Assembly (NCBI GenBank): GCA_963755695.1 | Contig: CAVWLB010000010.1 | Span: 1,196,328 to 1,260,327 of the forward strand | Source of the DNA: an uncultured Acidobacteriota bacterium | GTDB lineage: Bacteria > Acidobacteriota > Vicinamibacteria > Vicinamibacterales > 2-12-FULL-66-21 | Length of the DNA: 64,000 bases | Direction: 5' to 3' | Part shown: piece after piece, positions 56,701 to 64,000 of the stretch | Position numbering within the stretch: position 1 is the stretch's first letter | Layout of the letters: each line of letters begins with the position of its first letter | Position numbers and translations under genes: made by a program | Notes under the pieces: generated by a model | The model's database searches: none | Told to the model about the DNA's origin: nothing | The model's input: only the letters and a program-made list of their open reading frames with translations

Positions 56701-56865
56701 GGTATAGGTGTCGTCGATCGGCTGCTTCGTGTCGCGAACGTAGGGATTGCCAGAAGCGGCGACAGGCGCAGACTGCTGCCCGGCCTGTGCGCGAATAGCG
56801 GTGGATGGGCCAGTCGCGAACACGATTGCCGCGGCCGCGATCCATCGAGTGATGCGTCGTGTCAT
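53735..56865 (-). CDS. large M14-family zinc carboxypeptidase-like protein, frame broken once as sequenced (~55148-55158)
   Basis: Start MTRRITRWIAAAAIVFA (ATG 56865). HxxE (TIHSPETGS), HDNNRD and HDLHES motifs. ..RIADALLDYQ (ORF 55078..57066) continues as WAPDDPQRQPYDDTGWTFPELFNVKV.. (ORF 53735..55081). Confidence 0.7.
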
Positions 56866-57174
56866 GGAAACCAGACCTCGAGTAAGGAATGAGGCAGAAC
56901 CGGCGTGCGGGTCCCTGTCAATCTTACATCGAAGGATGCGCGCATCTTCTACGCGACGGCGTTCGTGCGTTCGACGGCGGCTGGACTCACCGGGGTCGCG
57001 GCCGCCGTTGCCCTCCGCGAACGCGGGCTGACGGTAGGACAGTCCGGCTCGCTGCCTGGCTGGCACGGCGCATCGGTCTGGTAAAGATGATCGCCGGCGC
57101 GATGATGCAGGGCGTCGGGTCGGTAACGCGTCGCTGACTCACGCAAGGGCGCAAGGACCCAAAAGGGCTGGACC

Positions 57175-57319
57175 GTCGCGACCTGCGCCGCCGCGCAGCG
57201 GCGGCCCTGGAGGAAACGAACCCTCCAGATCAAAACGCCAGAAGATCAAGTGGCGCTTTGATCTGGAGGGTTCGTTTCCTCCGACGCGGCCCGGCTTCGC
57301 TGGGCCCGCAGGTCGCGAC
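57175..57319. other. 145-bp nested palindromic element (candidate structured RNA or MITE core)
   Basis: Outer 13-bp stem gtcgcgacctgcg / cgcaggtcgcgac. Inner hairpins ccgccgc-gca-gcggcgg and ggccc..gggcc. Central ~31-bp stem ggaggaaacgaaccctccagatcaaaacgcca / tggcgctttgatctggagggttcgtttcctcc with 1 mismatch. Confidence 0.6.
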
Positions 57320-57398
57320 TCGTACATTTGCGGTAAGAAATCAAAGTGAACACTCTGACTTGATCAGCGGTGCTTTGATCTGGCGGATCCCCTTAGTT

Positions 57399-57836
57399 CT
57401 ACGACGGCCCGGCTTCGCCGAGCCGTAGATCGCCATTCGTGCCTTCAGGAAAGTGGTTCACGATGCGGCGTACGCCGCTCCTCATGGTCTCTTCTCCAAA
57501 GTTCATCAGTAGCCCGAGCGGGCAGCCAGTGAGAGTTAGATATGTCCTCACCTGACGAAGGTGCACTGGCGAAATCGTTTGTAACGCCTTCACCTCAATC
57601 ACAACCACGCCTTCAACGATAAAATCGGCTACGTACGCCCGCGGTACCCAGAGCTCCTCATAGTGCAGGTCGAGTTCAACGTTGGCCTCGAACTGCAAGC
57701 CTCGCCTCCGCATCTCGTACGCGAGGCAAGGGGAGTAAGTCGATTCGAAGCACCCAGGGCCGAACGCCTTGTGGAGTGCAATGGCGCCGAGGACGATCTC
57801 ACGAGCGATACGATTGATTTCTTGTTCCGTAGCCAC
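57399..57836 (-). CDS. GxxExxY-family protein (PD-(D/E)XK-like)
   Basis: GTG start near 57836 (VATEQEINRIAREIV..). GxxExxY motif GCFESTY and core FIVEGVVVIEVKALQ..HLRQVRTYLTLTG. The C-terminal ~15 aa read into a flanking repeat. The ORF-track N-terminal extension to 57992 is discounted. Confidence 0.75.
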   Translation of the reverse strand: MATEQEINRIAREIVLGAIALHKAFGPGCFESTYSPCLAYEMRRRGLQFEANVELDLHYEELWVPRAYVADFIVEGVVVIEVKALQTISPVHLRQVRTYLTLTGCPLGLLMNFGEETMRSGVRRIVNHFPEGTNGDLRLGEAGPS

Positions 57837-58013
57837 GTTGCCCCTGAAGCAGGCGACGTGCCACCGTGCTTTGCAAGGGCTTGCGCCGGATCCAGGCCAA
57901 TGTGTTGCAAGAATCGCAAACATCGTTGAAATGAAGTGTTGAACTAATTGCGTTTGCGCCCTTGCGCCATTGCGTGAGACAAAGGTAACCACGCGGGCAC
58001 ATGGTGTTTATGA

Positions 58014-58994
58014 ATGCGTAACGGCCTGATTCTTCTTAGCCTTGTGGCGTGCGCATGTGCGGCTCCCCGCGCTGAAATGCCACTCACTATCGCCGGACGC
58101 ATCGAATTGCCCGGAGTCGAGGGACGGTTCGATCATTTCGCGTTCGATTCCGGCAGTGGCCGGTTGTTCGTGGCTGCGCTTGGCAACAACTCCATAGAGG
58201 TAATAGATACGCACGACGCGAAGCGTGTGACCTCAGTAGGTGGAGTCGACGAACCGCAGGGGCTCGGGTTCGTTGCTCCCGGCACGCTGATCGTCGCCAA
58301 TGGCGGAACCGGCGAGGTGCAGTTTCGCGAGGGAGGCGACTTGCAGGTCGCCGCCCGTCTTGAAACCGTGGGCGATGCCGATAACGTGCGGTACGACTCT
58401 GCGGCTGGGCGTGCGTACGTCGGCGTGGGCTCCGGCGCACTCGTCGCGATCGACCCCTCCGGCGCCAAAAAGATGAACGAGGTGCATCTGCCTGCCCATC
58501 CGGAATCATTCCAGCTCGAACGGACCGGCGCACGCATATTCATCAACGTTCCCAACGCCCACCAGGTTGCCGTCGTCGACCGGCAATCGATGTCGATCGT
58601 GGCAACGTGGAAGGTCACCGCCGCGGCCGCCAACTATCCGATGGCACTCGATGAAGATGCCAAGCGGCTGTTCGTGGTGTGCCGCAGTCCTGCGCGGGCG
58701 CTCGTCTACGATACGACTGGCGGCGCGCTGACCGAGTCATTCGAAACGGTCGGCGATGCTGACGATGTGTTCTGGGACGGGCGGCGGAAGCGTCTCTACG
58801 TGATTGGGGGAACGGGCTTCATTGACGTCTTTCAACAGGCGGAAGGCAACCGCTTCACGCGGGTCGCTCACCTGGCGACTGGATCCGGCGCGCGCACCGG
58901 ACTCTTCGTTTCAGAAATCGATAGGCTGTTCGTTGCCGTTCCGCACCGCGGAGAACAGCGGGCGGCAATTCTAATGTTGGAACCTCGGGACTGA
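58014..58994 (+). CDS. YncE/YVTN-like beta-propeller protein
   Basis: 326-aa ORF with a lipoprotein-like signal (LILLSLVACACA) and repeated ..G.L.V...G...V.V.D.. blades. Confidence 0.65.
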   Translation: MRNGLILLSLVACACAAPRAEMPLTIAGRIELPGVEGRFDHFAFDSGSGRLFVAALGNNSIEVIDTHDAKRVTSVGGVDEPQGLGFVAPGTLIVANGGTGEVQFREGGDLQVAARLETVGDADNVRYDSAAGRAYVGVGSGALVAIDPSGAKKMNEVHLPAHPESFQLERTGARIFINVPNAHQVAVVDRQSMSIVATWKVTAAAANYPMALDEDAKRLFVVCRSPARALVYDTTGGALTESFETVGDADDVFWDGRRKRLYVIGGTGFIDVFQQAEGNRFTRVAHLATGSGARTGLFVSEIDRLFVAVPHRGEQRAAILMLEPRD

Positions 58995-59003
58995 CCAGGC
59001 GCT

Positions 59004-59729
59004 CTACGCCCGTACCGCAGCGTTGACGAGCTGCTGGCGCCGCTCGCGCGAGAGCGTGTTGATGCCCGATTCGAGGTCGCTGACCGCCTTCGCCAGCGCC
59101 TTGCGCTCGGCACGGGTCAGCGGCGCCGGCGGCCACTCGTAAACGAAGAAGTGTCCCGACCATCCGGCTCCCGACCAGACCTGGTCGACCCAGCCGAACT
59201 CGGTGTCGACGCCGATGCATTTCCAGTCGTGCGCGCGAATCGGACGTTTCACGGATGGACGCGCCTGCCGGGCTGCGGCATCCACTTCGACGACGACTCG
59301 TTCGAAGAGAAAGTCGCGGAGCGGCGCGTCCAGCTCTTCGATCTGGCGGCACTGCTGGAGACGTGACGGAATGGCCGAGCGGGCCCGGCCTGCAGCCAGC
59401 GCGCGAGGGACCAGCACCAGACGCCGGAGCCCGACCTGAACCCGCGGGAGACCCGGAGCGTAGGCGAGATCGCTGAGACCGCGCGCATAGACGTCGGCCG
59501 CCGCGTCGAGTGCCGCGGCGCCAGCCGATGACGCGGCGATATCTCGCAGCCGCCGCCACATCGACCGTCGCGCAGCTCGTGCACGGCCGAACAGGCGAAA
59601 ACCGATCTGCTTCGCTGCTGCGCCGACGGCTTCATCGCCCGCAGGCGTCGAGACCCAAGAGTCGAAGGGCGCACGGTCGATCCGCCCTCGGTAGCGCAGC
59701 CGCTCGTCGCTGATCTGGAACCAGCTCAT
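59004..59729 (-). CDS. hypothetical protein
   Basis: Coding-like GC3 bias. Start placed at MSWFQISDERL. No family recognised. Confidence 0.45.
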   Translation of the reverse strand: MSWFQISDERLRYRGRIDRAPFDSWVSTPAGDEAVGAAAKQIGFRLFGRARAARRSMWRRLRDIAASSAGAAALDAAADVYARGLSDLAYAPGLPRVQVGLRRLVLVPRALAAGRARSAIPSRLQQCRQIEELDAPLRDFLFERVVVEVDAAARQARPSVKRPIRAHDWKCIGVDTEFGWVDQVWSGAGWSGHFFVYEWPPAPLTRAERKALAKAVSDLESGINTLSRERRQQLVNAAVRA

Positions 59730-59856
59730 ATCGGGGTCTCGTCGTATTGCGACGAACGTGCCTGCGCAATCCGACAGCAAATCGAGTGAAACCTGCCTGG
59801 ACCGCCCGACGCGAAGCGACAGAATTGTGCGGTCGAGCGCAGGACTCGTATCAGGC

Positions 59857-59965
59857 GGCTCAGGGCTCAACGCTCAGGGCTCATGCTTGCTCAAGGCCAT
59901 TAAGCCAAAAGAAGGCTCGAGACTCAGAGCTCAGAGACCATAAGCCGCCCTGAGCCCTGAGCCAT
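59857..59965. repeat. GCTCAGGG arrays with complementary CCCTGAGC units (imperfect hairpin)
   Basis: ggctcagggctcaacgctcagggctcatg .. gccgccctgagccctgagcc. Confidence 0.7.
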
Positions 59966-61805
59966 TCATCTGTCCAGATGAAACGGCACACTCGTCACGA
60001 CCACCCGCGGACGGAACAGCAGTGCGCCCTTGATCAGGAGCGCTCGTTGATTGTGGAGCAGGTGCTGCCACCACCTTGCGGGCACGAACTCGGGCAACAC
60101 GACGGTGACGTAGTCCTGCGGGTTGGAGCGTTGAAGATCGTCGATGTACTCGAGCAGTGGCTCCATCAGCGATCGATAGGGCGACTCGAGCACGTCCAGG
60201 CGGGTGCCGTTGCCCCATCGCTGCCACTCGAGACGTACCTTCTCGGTCGCCGCGGGATCGGTATCGACGAATATGGCCCGTACGTCTGCCGACAGGCTGC
60301 GGGCGTAAGCGATGGCCTGCAACACCGCGCGGTGAACGCCGCCGATCGGCACCAGCACGGTACTATGTTGCGGCCCTTCTCCCTTCCAGCCGCGCAGTGA
60401 CAGTTGCGAGGCGACATGGTAGTAGTGCGCGCGGGTCGCCCTGAACACGATCACCAACACCGGAATCAGCAGCAGGATGATCCATGCGCCCTCGAGCACT
60501 TTGGTCACGGTGACGATGACCAGGACAACCGCAGTGGCCATCGCGCCAATTCCGTTCACGAATGCGCTGGTTCGCCAGCCCGGCCCTCGCAGCCGCCACC
60601 AATGGAGCACCATTCCGCTCTGCGACAGCGTGAACGAGATGAAGACCCCGATCATGTAGAGCGGGATCAGCGCGTGCGTATCGCCGCCAAAGGCAATCAG
60701 CAGCGTGCCGGCGAAGATGCTCAGCGCGAAGATGCCGTTCGAAAACGCCAGCCGGTCACCCTGATTCGCGAACTGACGCGGCAGATACCCATCGCGCGCC
60801 ACGATCGAAGCGAGCCGCGGGAAATCGGCGTACGCGGTGTTTGCCGCCAGCACCAGGATCAGCATCGTCGCGAGCTGCACGAGGAAGTATGGGATGCCGC
60901 GTCCGCCGAACGTGCCGCGCGCGATCTGCGACACGACGGTCTCGGTCTCCGATGGGACGACCCGGTAGGCGTGCGCCAGGACGCGTAATGCCAACGAACA
61001 TGGTGATCGCGAGCGCCGCCATCGTCATCAGCGTGTGTGCGGCATTCTTGGCCTCCGGCTGACGAAATGCCGGGACGCCGTTCGAGACGGCCTCGACGCC
61101 GGTCATCGCCGTGCAGCCATTGGAAAACGCGGTCAGCAGGGCGAACGTCGCAAGGACACTCCCGCCAATTGGAACCGGACTCTGGGGCTCGACTGGGTGG
61201 ATCGTGCCGGTCACGTAGCGCCACGCGCCGACGCCAACCAGCAAAAGGATCATGAGGATGAAGAAATACGTCGGAATCGAAAAGATGCGGCCGGACTCGC
61301 GGATTCCGCGCAGGTTGCCGACCGCCAGCACGGCCAGGAAGACCAGCGACAGCTCGACGCGATTGACATGCAGCGTCGGAAACGCAGACGTGACCGCCGC
61401 TACACCTGCCGCGATACTGACCGCGACCGTCAGCGTGTAGTCGATCAACAGCGCCGCAGCGGCGACCAGGGCGGCGCCGCTTCCGAGATTGTCCTTGGAA
61501 ACGATATAGGCGCCTCCGCCGCTGGGATAGGCATAGATCGTCTGGCGGTACGAGAAGGCGACAATCGCGAGGAGCGCCGCGATCAGCAGCGCAATGGGCA
61601 TGGCATGCGACAAGACCGCCAGCCCACCGATCACCAGGACCCGAAGGATTTCTTCTGTCGCGTACGCCACCGACGACAGCGCATCGGAAGACAGGACGGC
61701 CAGACCGGTGACCTTAGAGAGTCGTTCGTGATGAGCGAGGTGAGTGGGAATTGGGCGTCCGAGGAGGACCCGCTTCAACGCCGAATATGCGCCACCTTCG
61801 GGCAC
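59966..61805 (-). CDS. APC-family amino acid permease with C-terminal cytoplasmic domain, frame broken once as sequenced (~60979-60990)
   Basis: ORF 60756..61805 reads sensibly to ..AALAITMFVGIT. The continuation VLAHAYRVVPSETETVVSQIARG.. is ORF 59966..60994. The break lies in gacgcgtaat with no GTAC nearby. Confidence 0.8.
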
Positions 61806-61993
61806 GAGCCGCCTTCCAATCTGCCGACGAGGTTAGCTGACGGGCTCGAGGTTGGAAGTCCCCGTTCAGAAGCGCGCGAATTGCGTGCTCCGGAATTCGC
61901 CCCGGCCGCCGGCATTGGCGGCTGTGGTTCCCCCGTGCGCCGAAGGCTGCGGCGCTTAGGCAAATTCATCGTAGCGCGTTGGGCATTAGGAAG

Positions 61994-62269
61994 TCATAAA
62001 GGCCGCACAACCGCGCCTGAGTGGGGGCCGAGCAGCCACGCCAGCAGCACCAGCAGGGCGATGACCACCACCAGCATCACGCTGGCGTGGGAACGGCGCG
62101 GCACCGCGAGAAATCTGACATTCGACTGCTCGCCGGCGCACTCGAGCATCTTGATCTCGAGCAGTTCCTGAATCGCTGCATCGATCTGTTCCAGCTTTTC
62201 AACGTGGCTGCCGGAAATGACTCGCGCGCCGACGCGATACTCGGGCTGTGGGGTAACGGTTTTCATCAC
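61994..62269 (-). CDS. hypothetical tail-anchored small protein
   Basis: 91-aa ORF with good GC3 bias and a C-terminal TM segment (VMLVVVIALLVLLAWLL). Confidence 0.45.
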   Translation of the reverse strand: MMKTVTPQPEYRVGARVISGSHVEKLEQIDAAIQELLEIKMLECAGEQSNVRFLAVPRRSHASVMLVVVIALLVLLAWLLGPHSGAVVRPL

Positions 62270-62373
62270 CTTCCGACGATAGAGCGCGCGCCATTGAAAA
62301 GGACTTAGGAAGGCATTAGAAGTCCATTAAACAGACCCGCGGTGCAGGTCGAGCCGCCAGGGGACAGCTCGAC

Positions 62374-63804
62374 TCAGAGCAGCGTCCCCCGGAGCACGAC
62401 CAGCGCGACAGAGAAGTAGATCAGCAGGCCCGTCACGTCTACGAGCGTCGCGACAAACGGTGCGGACGAGGCTGCCGGATCGAAGCCGAGGCGGCGGAGC
62501 AGGAAAGGAAGCAGCGAACCGACGAGCGTTCCCCAAAGCACGATACCGACCAGTGCGATCGCCACGGTGATGGCCACCAACAGCCAGTGTTGACCATAAA
62601 CGTCGGAAAAGGCCGACCAGATACTGATCCGCATGAAGCCAATCGTGGCCAGGATTGCGCCCAGCGCCAGGCCCGCAGCCAGCTCGCGCCGCATCACGCG
62701 CCACCAGTCGCGCAGCCTCACCTCGCCCAGTGCCAGGGCGCGAATGACCAGCGTCGACGCCTGCGATCCGGAGTTGCCGCCGCTCGAGATGATCAACGGG
62801 ACGAACAGCGCGAGCACGACCGCCCGCGAGATCTCGGCCTCGAAGAAGCCCATCGCCGTGGCCGTCAACATTTCTCCGACGAACAGCGCGGTCAGCCAGC
62901 CGGCGCGTTTCTGAATCATCTTGCCGAACGAGATATCCATGTACGGTTCGTCGAGTGCCTCCGATCCGCCGATCCGCTGGATGTCTTTGGTCGCTTCGAT
63001 CTCCGCCACGTCGAGCACGTCGTCCACGGTCACGATGCCGATCAGCATGCCCGACGTGTCGGTGACCGGCAGGGCAGAGCGATCGTACTGGCGGAACACG
63101 GACACCGCCGTCTGCTGATCGTCGGTCGCCTTGAGCGCCACGAACCGCCGGTCCATGATGTCGGCGACCCGCCGCGACGGATCGGCGAGCAGAATCTCCC
63201 GGATCCGGATGTCATCAGCCAACCCGCCGTGATCGTCGACGACGTAAATGACGTTGAGCGTTTCGCTGTCCTGGCCGTGGCGGCGGATGTAGTCGAGTAC
63301 CTCCTGAACGCTCCAGTCCTCATGAACCGCGACGTAGTCGGGGGTCATCAGCCGTCCGACCGATCGCTCGGGATAGCCGAGCAGGGTCAGCGCGATGGCG
63401 CGCTCCTGAGGGGTCAGCAGCGCGAGCAACTCGCGCGTCGCAGCCGCCGGAAGTTCTTCGAGGAACATCGTGCGGTCGTCAGGCGCCATCTCGTTGAGGA
63501 TCGAGGCGACCACTTCCTTGGAGAGGGTCTTCAGCAGCGCCTCGCGCGCGTCCTGGGGCAGGTACTCGAACGTCGCGGCTGCGTCCTTGCGCGGCAGCAG
63601 GCGGAAGACGACCGCCTGGTCCTCGAGCGAGAGGGCCGCGAGCAGCTCGCCCAGCTCGCTCGGCGGGCGGTTCCGCACCATGTCGCGGAGCCGCGCGTAG
63701 TCGCGTGTTCGAAGGGCCGCGGCGAGCTCGTCTGCCGGTTTGGCCACCCTGCGGATGGCCTCCAGCGCCTCGTCGCGGTCTGGGCCGCTTAGTTGTTCAG
63801 CCAT
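62374..63804 (-). CDS. mgtE: magnesium transporter MgtE
   Basis: MgtE-N (SELGELLAALSLEDQAVVFRLLP), CBS pair and TM domain (PLIISSGGNSGSQAS). Start placed at MAEQLSG. The frame stays open upstream to at least 63942, so the true start is uncertain. Confidence 0.9.
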   Translation of the reverse strand: MAEQLSGPDRDEALEAIRRVAKPADELAAALRTRDYARLRDMVRNRPPSELGELLAALSLEDQAVVFRLLPRKDAAATFEYLPQDAREALLKTLSKEVVASILNEMAPDDRTMFLEELPAAATRELLALLTPQERAIALTLLGYPERSVGRLMTPDYVAVHEDWSVQEVLDYIRRHGQDSETLNVIYVVDDHGGLADDIRIREILLADPSRRVADIMDRRFVALKATDDQQTAVSVFRQYDRSALPVTDTSGMLIGIVTVDDVLDVAEIEATKDIQRIGGSEALDEPYMDISFGKMIQKRAGWLTALFVGEMLTATAMGFFEAEISRAVVLALFVPLIISSGGNSGSQASTLVIRALALGEVRLRDWWRVMRRELAAGLALGAILATIGFMRISIWSAFSDVYGQHWLLVAITVAIALVGIVLWGTLVGSLLPFLLRRLGFDPAASSAPFVATLVDVTGLLIYFSVALVVLRGTLL

Positions 63805-64000
63805 TTGTGTCAGCGCCGCTCGAACGATGTCGTGATGATGGACGTGCTGGCCCACCGAAGTCACCGCGTCGAGCCAGACCGAATGAATGAGATCGAGATC
63901 GCGTGCGTTGAGCTCCGGAGCGTGCGCGCCGATGTGGTACACGTCGGTGCGGCCGCTGCGGTGATGAATGACGAGTCGGACGTGAAGGTCGGACCGGGGC

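Larger units (their letters stand above)
57137..57978. mobile_element. inverted-repeat-bounded ~840-bp element carrying an intact GxxExxY gene
   Basis: Left end ctcacgcaagggcgcaagg (57137-57157). Right end ccttgcgccattgcgtgag (57957-57978). The ends are 19/20 identical in inverted orientation and are built of GCGCAAGG-type units. No target-site duplication is evident. Confidence 0.45.

Noticed and set aside
56920-57083. Short frame reading ..IFYATAFVRSTAAGLTGVAAAVALRERGLTVGQSG, reminiscent of the N-terminal Rossmann motif of a FAD-dependent oxidoreductase, just outside the GxxExxY element
   Set aside because: It has no start codon and terminates after ~55 codons. The GxGxxG motif is imperfect. 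It could be a gene remnant, but the evidence is too thin to annotate.
63805-64000. Possible N-terminal extension or upstream gene fused in frame to mgtE (..HIGAHAPELNARDLDLIHSVWLDAVTSVGQHVHHHDIV..)
   Set aside because: The frame is open to the window edge, so it cannot be resolved here. The canonical MgtE N-domain begins near the ATG at 63804.

Overview
High-GC (~65%) bacterial chromosomal segment. The protein set (large BNR/VPS10, CarboxypepD_reg, M14 and S9 peptidases, GH127 enzymes) suggests Acidobacteriota or Gemmatimonadota, but that is only an inference. Content is mostly housekeeping: pepA, cell-wall amidase, ftsK, rnj, rsmA, nth, a lexA-DUF3467-dinB cluster, an ECF sigma/anti-sigma pair, recG, rsmD, coaD, rho, mgtE. 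There is also a ~15 kb arabinan/arabinose utilisation locus (two GH127-family genes, GH31, araB, araD, HAD, sugar ABC transporter, galM). I found no rRNA, tRNA, CRISPR array, transposase, integrase or recognisable defence system. Five things stand out. (1) About twenty intergenic spacers are filled with degenerate 7-8 nt tandem arrays. Many are followed by the reverse-complement array, giving long imperfect hairpins that start right at stop codons. (2) Both GxxExxY (PD-(D/E)XK-like) genes, one intact and one 5-prime truncated, sit inside such inverted-repeat brackets, as if they were cargo of the hairpin loop. (3) Nine otherwise intact genes, including essential ftsK and rnj, carry a single frame break. 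Eight of the nine map at or next to a GTAC tetranucleotide, usually as a G/C-run length change. (4) The araB-galM block (39.29-46.90 kb) carries about one indel per 100 bp, roughly 50-fold the density of its flanks. (5) Several genes have a TATAAT-like hexamer 6-8 nt before the start codon and no Shine-Dalgarno sequence, which fits leaderless transcription. I cannot tell from sequence alone whether the frame breaks are biological or base-calling/assembly artefacts; I lean towards artefact. All calls come from manual reading of the ORF track and sequence. No searches were run.
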